Both the position numbers and the translations under genes were made by a program. A DNA stretch of 61,131 nt, the filler included, from Nitrospiraceae bacterium (GTDB lineage: Bacteria > Nitrospirota > Nitrospiria > Nitrospirales > Nitrospiraceae): NCBI GenBank assembly GCA_037442105.1. It is 4 parts of 4 records of this genome, joined end to end, with 100 filler letters (N's around TTAATTAATTAA, not from the genome) between each part and the next. Parts side by side here need not be neighbours in the genome. Positions count along the whole stretch, not along the records: positions 1 to 19,841 come from JBBIQV010000044.1; 3 more parts are not named here. One strand, given 5' to 3'. How positions within the stretch are numbered: the first letter of the stretch is position 1; each line of letters begins with the position of its first letter. The notes under the pieces were generated by a model. The model searched no databases, had not been told where the DNA came from, and saw only the letters and a program-made list of their open reading frames with translations. Below are positions 9,865-19,416 of this stretch, piece by piece.

Positions 9865-11046
9865 ATGGATCGACAGATTCTCTGCTTTGCCATTCCGTCG
9901 TTTGAGATCGCGGTCGCCCGCCGGCACGACCCGTCCCTGTCAACCCGCCCGCTCGCCATTGTTCCGCTGAACACTCCTCGTGCACTGATCCGTGAAGTCT
10001 CGCCCGAAGCCAAGCAGGAGGGGCTGCACGTCGGCATGAACCTCGAGTACGCTAGACGGCTCTGCCCGTCCCTCCTGGTGCTTCCTCCCAACCCGTCTCG
10101 CGTCCAGCGTGCAGACCAGTCCCTCCTCGGCGTGATCGCGTACTATGCCCCAGTGTGGGAACCAGTTCAGCCCGGATCCTTCCTGATGGACCTGACCGGC
10201 ACCACCAGACTTTTTGGCCCGGCCGTCGATGTTGCAGCGAAGGTGCAACAGGACATCCTGACCCGATATCGTCTGGATGGCATGGCCGGCGTGGGAACTA
10301 ACAAGCTCGTAGCACAGAGTGCTGCAGCGTTGATGAGTCCCTCAGAGCTGTACGAGGTCCGGCCTGGGTCCGAGCAGGCCTTCATGTCTCCGCTCTCCGT
10401 GCGAGCCCTCCCCGGACTCCATCGGCCCTGTATGCGCAAGGTCCTGGCTCGACTGGACGATCTCAACCTGCAGACCTTGGGGGACGTAGCCGAGAGCCCA
10501 CCCGACGCGTTGGAGATTGCGCTGGGCGACTATGCCGGGGAACTCTTCCGATGGGCCCAGGGCATCGATCACGTTCCGGTGCTCCCGCCGGCTGTGCAGC
10601 CGAGCCTGGAAGAGACCGTCACAATCGAGCCGGATGAGATTGACAACCCGATGCTCTGGGGACGATCGCTGAATGTCCTGCAACGGCTCTGTCGCACGCT
10701 GCGCAGTCAACGGCGGGCGTGCGGAGGCCTGTCGCTCACGATCCGGTACAGCGATCAGATGGAGGTCACGAAACGGGCACGTATCAGGCCGGAGACCTGC
10801 TGGGAAGTTGATCTCTCGCCCGTGCTGTTGTCGCTGTTTCAACGGTGCTTTCGCCGTCGCGTCCGGCTTCGTCAAATGGCCCTCAGCATGACCGGCCTCA
10901 CGGCCTTCGCAGAACAAGTCGCGTTGTTCGATGACCGGCCTCTTGAGGAGCAGAGACGGCGGGAACGAGCCAAACATCTTGCCCTTGCCCTCGACAAGCT
11001 CCGGGCCAAGTTCGGAGAGCGGGCCATCCGCTACGGGAGGAGTTAG
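9865..11046 (+). CDS. imuB: Y-family polymerase-like protein, catalytically degenerate (ImuB-like)
   Basis: DinB-like fold motifs (GLHVGM, DLTGTTRLFG, GVGTNKLVA, LDKLRAKFG) but lacks the DMDxF and DE catalytic residues; next to dnaE2. Confidence 0.82.
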   Translation: MDRQILCFAIPSFEIAVARRHDPSLSTRPLAIVPLNTPRALIREVSPEAKQEGLHVGMNLEYARRLCPSLLVLPPNPSRVQRADQSLLGVIAYYAPVWEPVQPGSFLMDLTGTTRLFGPAVDVAAKVQQDILTRYRLDGMAGVGTNKLVAQSAAALMSPSELYEVRPGSEQAFMSPLSVRALPGLHRPCMRKVLARLDDLNLQTLGDVAESPPDALEIALGDYAGELFRWAQGIDHVPVLPPAVQPSLEETVTIEPDEIDNPMLWGRSLNVLQRLCRTLRSQRRACGGLSLTIRYSDQMEVTKRARIRPETCWEVDLSPVLLSLFQRCFRRRVRLRQMALSMTGLTAFAEQVALFDDRPLEEQRRRERAKHLALALDKLRAKFGERAIRYGRS

Positions 11047-11049
11047 CGA

Positions 11050-14000
11050 GTGGCATCCTCTTTCGTAAACTTGCACACGCATTCGTCCTATTCGCCGATG
11101 TCCGGCGTGCCCACGCTGGACGCCCTCTGTCAGGCAGTCCGGGCCCAAGGGCAGGATACCCTGGCCCTCACGGATACGAACGGCCTCTATGGAGCCATTC
11201 GGTTTCTCGAGATAGCGAGAGACGCGGGACTCAAGCCGATTCTGGGCGCGGAACTGGTGCACGGGAGACACCGGGCGGTGCTGTTAGCCAAAACGCCGGC
11301 TGGCTATGCCAACCTCTGCCAGGTCCTCTCCGCCCGGCATTGTGACGACCCGTTCGATTGCATCAACAGGGTCGCTCGCCATCGCACCGGGCTCGTCATT
11401 CTTTCCGACGACGTTGTTGCCCTGACTGTCTGGCGAGAGGACTCGGCGGAGAACCTCTTTGTCGAGCTGACGCCGGGCCCCTCGATGCACGAGGCCGTGA
11501 CGGTCAGCCGACGATTGGATCTCCCGCCGGTGGCCACCACACGAGCGTCATTTCTTCATCCGGCCGACTACCAGGCACACCGTCTCCTGCGGGCCATCGC
11601 CGGCAATACAACTCTCTCGCGACTCCGGGCGGAGGATTGTGGCGCGCCGTCACACTGGCTCATGCCGGAGGCCGTGCTTGCGCGGCACTTTCCCCACCTC
11701 CCCGAGGCCCTTATCAACAGCCGCCAGATTGCCGAGCAGTGCCATACCGACTGGAATTTCAAGGAGACGATCTTTCCTTCGTTCCGCCGGCTCTCCGCCG
11801 AAGCTGCATTTCAAACCTTGCGAGCCAAGACCTATGCCGGGGCACGCTGGCGCTATGGCAGCCTGTCGGCAATCGTGACGCAGCGCATCAAGAAGGAATT
11901 GGCGGTGATCCTGGACAAGGGCTACGCCCACTATTTCCTGATCGTCGATGAGATCGTCCGGCAAGCCCCACGGACCTGTGGCCGCGGGTCCGCCGCCGCC
12001 TCGATCGTTTCCTACTGCCTGGGGATCACGCATGTCGATCCCATCCGTCACAATCTCTTGTTCGAGCGCTTTCTCAACCCCGGCCGGCACGATCCGCCGG
12101 ACATCGACATCGACTTTCCCTGGGATGAACGACCACAGATTCTGGACTGGGTCTTCGCCCATTACGGGCACCAGCATGCCGCCATGGTGGCGAACCAGAA
12201 TACGTTGGCCCCTCGTGCGGCCCTGCGAGAGATCGCCAAGGTCTATGGGCTGCCAGCCGGCGAGATCGGCAAGGTGCTGACGCTCCTGCATCGACGAGCC
12301 GATTTCGTGGACGTGACGCCGGGAGCTACCGCGAAGACCTGGGCGGATCAGGTCTGCCGGACACTTGGACTCAGAACTCCTTGGCCGGAAATTCTTTTCT
12401 GGTCGATGCAACTGCAAGGCCATTTCCGCAATCTGGGCCTCCACCCCGGCGGGGTGGTCTTGGTCCCCGATGAGATCTGCCGCTATGTGCCGGTGGAGAT
12501 CTCCGCCTCCGGCTGGCCCGTGATCCAGTGGGAGAAGGATCAGACGGAAGAGGCCGGACTGGTCAAGATCGATCTCTTGGGGAATCGGTCCCTCGCCGTG
12601 ATCCGCGACGCGCTCGCCGCCATTGAACGGAACACCGGTCGGGCCATCGACTATGCGACCTGGGACCCCGTCAGCGATCCCGCCGCGAACGAACTGATCC
12701 GGCGGGGCGACACGATGGGCTGTTTCTATGTGGAGTCGCCCGCTACCAGGCTCCTGCTCAAGAAACTCTGGACCGGGATGCCGGCCGCCAGAAAAGCCCA
12801 GGCCGACGTGTGCGAGTATCTCGTGGTCGTCTCGTCCATCATCCGGCCCGCCGCCAATGTCTTCGCGGACGAGTTCGTCCGGCGCGCCCATGGTCGGCGC
12901 TACCAGTCGCTCCATCCGCTCCTCGATGAGGTCCTCGCGGAGACGCACGGGATCATGGTCTACCAGGAAGATGTGATGAAGGTGGCGGTCGCCCTCGGAG
13001 GGTTCTCTGTCGAGGACGGCGACCAGCTCCGAAAGGTCCTGAGCAAGAAGCACAAGGAACGGCAGCTCCGGGACTACAAGCGGCAGTTCTACGACGGCGC
13101 GGCTGCACGTGGTCTGCGACCACCGGCCATCAACCGGATCTGGGCCATGATCATGAGCTTCGCCGGCTACAGTTTCTGTAAGCCCCACTCGGCGAGCTAT
13201 GCCCAGGTGAGTTTCAGGTCGGCCTATCTGCGCGCCCACTATCCCGCCGAGTTTATCGCCGCGGTGGTGAGTAACCAAGGGGGCTACTATTCCACCTTTG
13301 CCTACCTGTCCGAGGGGAGACGGATGGGACTGACCATTCTTCCTCCCGACATCAACGCAAGTGGGTGGGCCTACACGGGATCGGGCACTACCGTGCGGGT
13401 CGGGCTCATGCAGATCAAGTCGCTGGAGGAAGACCTCGCCAAGCGGATCATCACCGAACGACAGGCGAACGAGCCCTACCGATCACTGTATGATTTCCTG
13501 AACCGGGTGAAGCCGGAGACCGCCCAAGCGACGCTCCTGATCAAGGCCGGCTGCTTCGACTCGATTGCCGGAGAACTCACGCGACCGGCATTGATCTGGC
13601 GACTCTTCGCCGCGCAGGATCCCAAACGGCCAGGCTACATGCCGATTCCGCCGGAGTACTCATTCCAACAGAAGCTGACCCATGAGCTGGCGCTCTTCGG
13701 CTTTCCCCTGAGCTGCCATCCGCTGGACCTCTTCAAGGATGAGCTCGAGCGCATCCCGCATATCGCTGCCAAGGACCTGGCGCAGCACGTCGGGGACGAG
13801 GTCACGGTGATCGGCTGGCTCGTGACCGAGAAGATCATCTCGACGAAGCAGGGGGAGCCGATGGAATTTCTCACCTTGGAGGACCAGACCGGCCTCTACG
13901 ATGCCACGATCTTTCCAACCATCTATCGCCGCTACTGCCACCTCCTGGCTACGAATCAGGCCTATGTCGTGAGAGGAACGGTCGAACAACAGTTCTCCAC

Positions 14001-14088
14001 CGTCACTCTGACAGTCAAAGCCATACGGCTGCTGACCTCGCGCGAGGTGGTCGCGGAGTGTGAGGCCGTTGATGAACTTGCCGGGTAG
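11050..14088 (+). CDS. dnaE2: Error-prone DNA polymerase III alpha (DnaE2/ImuC)
   Basis: PHP HTHSSYS/ALTD, GRGSAA, PDIDIDF, KIDLLG, YQED, C-terminal OB fold; cassette context. Confidence 0.92.
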   Translation: MASSFVNLHTHSSYSPMSGVPTLDALCQAVRAQGQDTLALTDTNGLYGAIRFLEIARDAGLKPILGAELVHGRHRAVLLAKTPAGYANLCQVLSARHCDDPFDCINRVARHRTGLVILSDDVVALTVWREDSAENLFVELTPGPSMHEAVTVSRRLDLPPVATTRASFLHPADYQAHRLLRAIAGNTTLSRLRAEDCGAPSHWLMPEAVLARHFPHLPEALINSRQIAEQCHTDWNFKETIFPSFRRLSAEAAFQTLRAKTYAGARWRYGSLSAIVTQRIKKELAVILDKGYAHYFLIVDEIVRQAPRTCGRGSAAASIVSYCLGITHVDPIRHNLLFERFLNPGRHDPPDIDIDFPWDERPQILDWVFAHYGHQHAAMVANQNTLAPRAALREIAKVYGLPAGEIGKVLTLLHRRADFVDVTPGATAKTWADQVCRTLGLRTPWPEILFWSMQLQGHFRNLGLHPGGVVLVPDEICRYVPVEISASGWPVIQWEKDQTEEAGLVKIDLLGNRSLAVIRDALAAIERNTGRAIDYATWDPVSDPAANELIRRGDTMGCFYVESPATRLLLKKLWTGMPAARKAQADVCEYLVVVSSIIRPAANVFADEFVRRAHGRRYQSLHPLLDEVLAETHGIMVYQEDVMKVAVALGGFSVEDGDQLRKVLSKKHKERQLRDYKRQFYDGAAARGLRPPAINRIWAMIMSFAGYSFCKPHSASYAQVSFRSAYLRAHYPAEFIAAVVSNQGGYYSTFAYLSEGRRMGLTILPPDINASGWAYTGSGTTVRVGLMQIKSLEEDLAKRIITERQANEPYRSLYDFLNRVKPETAQATLLIKAGCFDSIAGELTRPALIWRLFAAQDPKRPGYMPIPPEYSFQQKLTHELALFGFPLSCHPLDLFKDELERIPHIAAKDLAQHVGDEVTVIGWLVTEKIISTKQGEPMEFLTLEDQTGLYDATIFPTIYRRYCHLLATNQAYVVRGTVEQQFSTVTLTVKAIRLLTSREVVAECEAVDELAG

Positions 14089-14103
14089 CCGTACACTGCA
14101 ACC

Positions 14104-14280
14104 ATGCCCCTCTCCCCCCTGGTACGTTTCGGCACATCGACCTGGACCTACGAAGGCTGGCAAGGCCAGATCTATGTGCGACAGTACGCCAAGAGCAAGT
14201 TCGCGCGGGTGTGGGAGGAGATCACCATTCCGAGCTACGCCAATCAGACGCACTACGGAACCAGGGCGGACCAGCCGAAT
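14104..14280 (+). pseudogene. DUF72-family remnant (internally deleted, truncated)
   Basis: DUF72-like start RFGTSTWTYEGWQG joined directly to VWEEITIP, then runs into att-arm sequence. Confidence 0.6.
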
Positions 14281-14361
14281 AAGTTATGCGAGTTTCGCAA
14301 AATCAGTGGAAGTCAATTCCAGCAACGGCATTTCAATAACAGGTTCTTTCGCAGAACGGTA

Positions 14362-14667
14362 TCACGCTTCGACCAATACGACCCGCCGTACTCTTGGTGC
14401 GCCAGCCTTGCGGGCTTGCCACAGGTCATAGGCAGCCTGCTGTGCCACCCACAAATCGGCACGGCCTCCGTGTTTCACGCCGAGCCATCCTTCTAATCGC
14501 AGGGCCATTTCTGGGGAAATCGCCGCGCGGCCATTCAAGACACGCGACAATGTGGCACGGGTCACCCCCAGTTGGGCCGCGGCTTGTGTCACGTTCAAGC
14601 CTAAAGCAGGCAAAATATCCTCTCTCAACGTTTCGCCTGGGTGCGGCGGATTATGCATTCGGCTCAT
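14362..14667 (-). CDS. higA: HigA-family antitoxin
   Basis: MHNPPHPGETL...AAQLGVTR..LSRVLNGRAAISPEMALRL. Confidence 0.92.
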   Translation of the reverse strand: MSRMHNPPHPGETLREDILPALGLNVTQAAAQLGVTRATLSRVLNGRAAISPEMALRLEGWLGVKHGGRADLWVAQQAAYDLWQARKAGAPRVRRVVLVEA

Positions 14668-14679
14668 GTTGTCTTCCTC

Positions 14680-14889
14680 CTAGTGATAATCATGGTAATC
14701 GATGAGTACGGCATCCTCGCCATCGAAGCCAAAGGTCAGTCGCCAATTCCCGCTCACTGACACCGCATACCGACCTGCAAGATTGCCGGCCAATGCATGC
14801 AGCCCCCATCCCGGCACGTTCATATCCGCCGCCGTTTTGGCCAGGTCAAGCCGGGCGAGTTGCCGTCTAAGCCGAGCCGCTATCAACAC
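14680..14889 (-). pseudogene. higB: HigB-family toxin, N-terminally truncated
   Basis: LHALAG..YAVSVSGNWRLTF..DYHDYH present, but the usual MIKSF.. N-terminal ~25 aa is absent upstream. Confidence 0.7.
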
Positions 14890-15155
14890 TCTATACCCAT
14901 CAGACCTCTGCAGCGCCCTCCCCTAAAAAGAAGGCCGCAGCGTAGCTTGCTACGGGGAATCACAAGTTGAAACCGGCGCCTGCGTTCCGTTCCTAAGAAG
15001 TGGTCTGACCATACATGCAGCATATAAGCGACACTACTTATCTGATTGAGGAAGAAGGGCCCTCGCCTTGAAAGAGCCCCATTTCCCCAACACAAATAGA
15101 ATTTTTCTCGAAAAGTTGGTTCGGTGGAAGTACGAATAATCGTAAGTGCTTGATG

Positions 15156-15203
15156 TGGTGAGCCGGCTGGGACTCGAACCCAGGGCCCTCGCCTTAAAAG
15201 GGC
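15156..15203 (-). repeat. 48-bp duplicated 3' part of tRNA-Lys (att site)
   Basis: Identical to 19788-19835 (TGGTGAGCCGGCTGGGACTCGAACCCAGGGCCCTCGCCTTAAAAGGGC). Confidence 0.95.
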
Positions 15204-15556
15204 CGTTCAAGCATCACAAAACACCAAGAGGATCAATAGCTTATCGCGATTTCGCAAAATCTATGGAAGCCCATTCCAGCAACGGCATTTCAAGCACTTG
15301 CACAATCTATCCATCTCAGTTTTGATCGGCACCGCATCGCGCGGTCGGAATTGTTTCTTAAGCTATCGGTCACGAGTGTAGGCAAAGTCCACCCGCCAAC
15401 CAATGGCGTTGCAACGTCTCTCCTTTGGCAGCAGATCGAATCGGTGGGATGAGAACCCCTTCGGGACTGCGCCACACCAGATACTCAACAGACTTGGAGC
15501 GGTACCGCAGATACGCTTGGGGAAATTAACACGTCGAGCACTCAGTGGCCGACTGG

Positions 15557-15913
15557 CTACGCGAGCGCGTGTCGTCGGCCTGCGGGCCTCGACTCTGAAT
15601 CATCTTCAGCAATACCGGACAGCATCACTGGCTCACGGTCAGGGAATTGGGCCACAAGAGACAGATTCCCGCCCATGGCTTCGATGGTCTTTCTGAGCGT
15701 GGACAGTAAGAGATCGCTTCGCTGTTCGAGGCGCGACACACTATCCTGCGTGATCCCAAGCTTCTTGGCCATTCGAACCTGCGTGAGCTTGCGCGCATGC
15801 CGCAGTTCCCGCAAGGTCATCTCCTCGGCAATCAGCTCAGCGGCGCGAGTCTCAACCTTCTTACGCTGGAGAGGGCGCAACTTCTTGATTTTGTCGTCGA
15901 CATTCGTGGCCAT
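15557..15913 (-). CDS. XRE-family HTH antitoxin
   Basis: LRELRHARKLTQ..AKKLGITQDSVSRLEQRSDLLLSTL; coupled to the upstream toxin. Confidence 0.9.
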   Translation of the reverse strand: MATNVDDKIKKLRPLQRKKVETRAAELIAEEMTLRELRHARKLTQVRMAKKLGITQDSVSRLEQRSDLLLSTLRKTIEAMGGNLSLVAQFPDREPVMLSGIAEDDSESRPAGRRHALA

Positions 15914-15915
15914 GC

Positions 15916-16278
15916 TTACCCCCTTCCCTTCTTCAGCCGCGCGAGATGCGCGTCAAAACGGTCATCAGCCTTGCGGATCAGCGCGCGATAAAACCGCTTT
16001 TCGCTGACGCCTGATTTATCTCCTGCGACGAGCAGGATCCCCTTTCGCTTCGTGTCAAAGGCGAACGCGACCCTCCACTCGCCGCCAACCGCGCTGAACC
16101 GGAGTTCCTTCATATTCGCGTGGCGTGAGTCGTTCAGTGTGTCCACACGCGGCCGCCCCAAGTGCGGGCCAAATTGCTGCAGGAGACGCGTCAACGCCAA
16201 TAGCTCCGTTTGCACGTCTTCGTGGAGAGCATCGAACTCTGACTCAAACTCATCACTAATCTCAACAATCCAACTCAC
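15916..16278 (-). CDS. RelE/ParE-like (Gp49-type) toxin
   Basis: GPHLGRPRVDTL..SRHANMKELRF..WRVAFAFD..ILLVAGDK. Confidence 0.9.
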   Translation of the reverse strand: MSWIVEISDEFESEFDALHEDVQTELLALTRLLQQFGPHLGRPRVDTLNDSRHANMKELRFSAVGGEWRVAFAFDTKRKGILLVAGDKSGVSEKRFYRALIRKADDRFDAHLARLKKGRG

Positions 16279-16440
16279 CCCGACACTATGTCATAGAAGT
16301 CATATGATGTCAATGCCATATCAGAGTTGGTCCGAACGTGACGCGTTTCACTACGACATCACGCTTCGACCTCCAGTGGGCGGCCACCTTGATCTGGCCG
16401 TCCACTCGTTCCTCGACCTCTTTCCTTCTAAAAAACCGTT

Positions 16441-18978
16441 TTATCCCAGCTCAAGCCCTTGCTGTGCTGCGCCCGCAACCTTCCAACGCGTTCGCGATGG
16501 GCTTCCGCCCATCATGTTATGAGGTTCGCGAATCTCATATCCCATCTTGCGGTATGCCTTGACTCGGTTTCGATACATGCTCAGAAGCATGGCGTTGCTC
16601 GAATCGACATAATCCACAATTCGAACGCGGGTTTTCCCGTCAACGAGGCGGTGCAGTCGGCCTGCATATTGGACCATTCGTCCTTCGAACGAGAGCGGCG
16701 TCGCCAAGACAAGCGTATCCAAGTCAGGCAGGTCAACCCCTTCGCCGATCAACGGTGCCGTGGCGACCACAAGCAGGGGGATGCCTTGGCTTCTGACTTC
16801 ACGGATTCGGGCAAGCGCGAGACGGCGTGCTTTGAGGGAGACATCACCATCGAGGCGAACCACCGCGAGCTGAGCCAGCGAGGCCTCCGCTTTCGCCAGG
16901 GCTTCGATTCCCTTCGTCAGGGTATCAAGGTGTTCCTTCCGGTCAGAAATCAAGAGCGGAAACTGCTTCGCCGAAAGCGCCTTCACCACGTCGGTCGCGA
17001 TCCGATGATTTCTTCCGGTGTCATGGACAAGACTATGCATCAAGACATGGTAGGCCGGATTGTGTCCCACTTCGTTGGGTGAGCAATAGCCGGTCTCACA
17101 AATGGTGACGGTTTTTTCCAGCTTGCCTTCATCTGCAGACACAATTTCATGTCTCACCGGACCGCACTGTTGAAAGAGAATGTCCTCAAGGCCGTCCTTT
17201 CGATACGGCGTGGCGGTCAGGCCGAGCACATACCGCGCAGGGAGCTGTTTGAGAACCCCCTCAAATGAGACGGCCGGAATATGATGGCACTCATCAACGA
17301 TGACCTGGGAATAGCGATGCGCCATCTCGCCAAGGTCTCCCATACGCGTCAATGTCTGAAGCATCATCAGGTCCAGCGCACCGGTTGTTTTCTTTATTGT
17401 GCCACCAAGAATCCCGATATCCTTTGGATTGAGGCGAAGGAACTTGACCATGCTCTCCTTCCACTGGTCGAGAAGGGGTTGTCTGTGCACCAAGACAAGC
17501 GTGGACACGCGTCGTTCAGCGATAAGGGCACAGCCCACCACCGTTTTCCCAAAACCTGGTGGAGCAACAAGCACACCAATATCCGTTTTCTTGAGTACCT
17601 TGACCGCCCCTTTTTGAGACTGAGTCAGTTCTCCCGCAAATTCAACCGTGATTCGTCTCTTGGCGAGCCGTTCATCGCGCGTGACGACTTGCGCGCCAGC
17701 TCCCCTTAGAATGAGGACAATCTGGTCGAGCAGGCCTCGAGGCAAAATCATTTCATCCGGGCGCAGCTCTCCGGAACAAATAAATCGCGCATGCGGATAC
17801 GTCTGTAACCTCATTCTTTGCCGCTTGTAGAATTCTGGATTGGGGAAGCTGGCCGTTTTCCTGAGTCTTCCAACGATCTTTTCTGGCAACCCTTTAAGGG
17901 GGACGTGAATCCTGAAGCCGATGGCGAGTTCGACAGTTCCCTGGATAGTCGGCACTCCCGCCTCGCCACTCCCAATTCCGGTATCCAGGATCGCTCGGTC
18001 CGTTATCCAAGCCACGTCGTCAAAGCCATGGCGTCTTGCTGCTAGTCCTTGGGCATTAGAAACGAATCGGTCGAGCAGGCGCTGCACCTCGTGATAGTTG
18101 AGCCGTTTCACGTGCGCTAGGTATCCCCACTGGTCTTGGATGACGGAACACCGCTCATCCAAGAAACAGCTGTTACCCGACTCTCGGGGACCTTTCTGAA
18201 GAGGCAGCGCAATCAGGTTCCCGAACCCGCCCTTGGGCACATAATCCTGACTGGGAAAGAATCGGTCAAACGAGGCCATGCTCAGGTGGTGCCGAACCTC
18301 CATGCAACATGAAAGAATCAGCGTGCCCAAATTGCGGGCCATCCTGGCGGGTACCCGACCGTCGAAGAAAATCCAAGCATGAGCCCCCTGCCCAGAACGG
18401 GACCGCTCCACCGCCACTTCGATTCCAAGCGCCTTGGCACTCTCTCTGTAGGCGCTGACATCCTCCCTCCATCCTGAGCCATCAAAATCACTGGCGAGAA
18501 ACGCGCAGGAATCATCTTCGTCAATCGCATACGCTCCGATCGTCCACTGCCCTTGTAGATGCGCTCGGACCGCGTCTTCATTGAGAGGGAGAAACGCCTG
18601 ATTGCCGCAATCGGTGCATTTAATCGTCGGTTTCTGACACAACGGCTGCACCCATTCATTGCGGCAGGCCGGAGCGTACCCGTTCTTCCCCAACTTGGCA
18701 TTTTCCCACCGCTTGGGATACACGCTTTCACGGCAACGGAACAGTTGTAGGAAAAGCGCCACCTGTTCGTCAGGAGTGACGGGCGCTGAATCTCGGAGCG
18801 GTCTCCCCAATAGTGCGCGCTGAATAACCTGAGTCGGCTCGGTTTCCCAATCGGCCGATCGTTTAAACTCATCGATCGCTTGGAGCACCTCGGCCCTTTC
18901 GGCATCCAGCTGCTTGAGCCGTTGTTCGAGAGCACGAAGCCGTTGCTCTGAGGATTCTGGAGCCCGTGAAGCTATCAC
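16441..18978 (-). CDS. TOTE-type archaeo-eukaryotic primase domain fused to SF2 (ResIII/DEAD) helicase
   Basis: N-terminal LFRCR..YP.RWE, CxxC motifs, DFD, ERSRSG.GAH.WIFF, GNLIALPLQ; helicase GFGKT, DECHH, LTATP, EGVD, QYAGR. Confidence 0.85.
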   Translation of the reverse strand: MIASRAPESSEQRLRALEQRLKQLDAERAEVLQAIDEFKRSADWETEPTQVIQRALLGRPLRDSAPVTPDEQVALFLQLFRCRESVYPKRWENAKLGKNGYAPACRNEWVQPLCQKPTIKCTDCGNQAFLPLNEDAVRAHLQGQWTIGAYAIDEDDSCAFLASDFDGSGWREDVSAYRESAKALGIEVAVERSRSGQGAHAWIFFDGRVPARMARNLGTLILSCCMEVRHHLSMASFDRFFPSQDYVPKGGFGNLIALPLQKGPRESGNSCFLDERCSVIQDQWGYLAHVKRLNYHEVQRLLDRFVSNAQGLAARRHGFDDVAWITDRAILDTGIGSGEAGVPTIQGTVELAIGFRIHVPLKGLPEKIVGRLRKTASFPNPEFYKRQRMRLQTYPHARFICSGELRPDEMILPRGLLDQIVLILRGAGAQVVTRDERLAKRRITVEFAGELTQSQKGAVKVLKKTDIGVLVAPPGFGKTVVGCALIAERRVSTLVLVHRQPLLDQWKESMVKFLRLNPKDIGILGGTIKKTTGALDLMMLQTLTRMGDLGEMAHRYSQVIVDECHHIPAVSFEGVLKQLPARYVLGLTATPYRKDGLEDILFQQCGPVRHEIVSADEGKLEKTVTICETGYCSPNEVGHNPAYHVLMHSLVHDTGRNHRIATDVVKALSAKQFPLLISDRKEHLDTLTKGIEALAKAEASLAQLAVVRLDGDVSLKARRLALARIREVRSQGIPLLVVATAPLIGEGVDLPDLDTLVLATPLSFEGRMVQYAGRLHRLVDGKTRVRIVDYVDSSNAMLLSMYRNRVKAYRKMGYEIREPHNMMGGSPSRTRWKVAGAAQQGLELG

Positions 18979-18980
18979 GC

Positions 18981-19307
18981 TCAGGCCACCTCTTGCTTCG
19001 ACGGCTTTGCGTCAACAGCAATCTGCCCAGCTGTACCAAGAACGGCGAGCAACTTGGCAATCGACTTCAGCGAAATTCCGATATCCTGAGGATCTAACAG
19101 TCTTTGAACCTGAGACGGCCCGGTTCCCAGCCTTTTTTGCAGCGCGTTCACGCCGAGGCCTCGGGCCTTCATCAACGCCCGGATCTCCATCACGAAATGA
19201 CGTTTCATCGCACCGGCAATCACCTCCGCCTTGAAGGCGTCACCGTGTTCATTCAACCAACCATCAAACCCCTTTCCCGCAGCGCTAGAAGCTTTCCTGG
19301 TTTTCAT
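18981..19307 (-). CDS. XRE/Fis-type HTH antitoxin-like regulator
   Basis: GFDGWL..AMKR..LGTGPSQVQRLLDP..ISLKSI, typical of Gp49-toxin partners. Confidence 0.75.
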   Translation of the reverse strand: MKTRKASSAAGKGFDGWLNEHGDAFKAEVIAGAMKRHFVMEIRALMKARGLGVNALQKRLGTGPSQVQRLLDPQDIGISLKSIAKLLAVLGTAGQIAVDAKPSKQEVA

Positions 19308-19416
19308 GTCGCCTGCTGCCTTCGTTCCAACAAATCTTCCCTAGCCAGCTCGCTTAGCCTTGAGGCGTCCGACAGAAGATGACTTTGCGAGCAGAAGCGG
19401 ATTTGGACGCACTCAT
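19304..19416 (-). pseudogene. Remnant of Gp49/RelE toxin
   Basis: MSASKSASARKVIFCRTPQG* then frameshifted SELAREDLLERRQQAT*, whose stop overlaps the antitoxin ATG (ATGA). Confidence 0.5.

Larger units (their letters stand above)
14278..15155. mobile_element. Second (distal, degraded) non-autonomous element of the tRNA-Lys array
   Basis: End 14278-14337 resembles 15232-15292; end 15055-15155 resembles 19684-19787; carries higA and a truncated higB. Confidence 0.65.

Noticed and set aside
11650..13278. 542-aa minus-strand ORF
   Set aside because: Antisense shadow of dnaE2 in high-GC DNA
15156..15203. Second tRNA-Lys gene
   Set aside because: Only the 3' 48 nt are present; it is an att duplication
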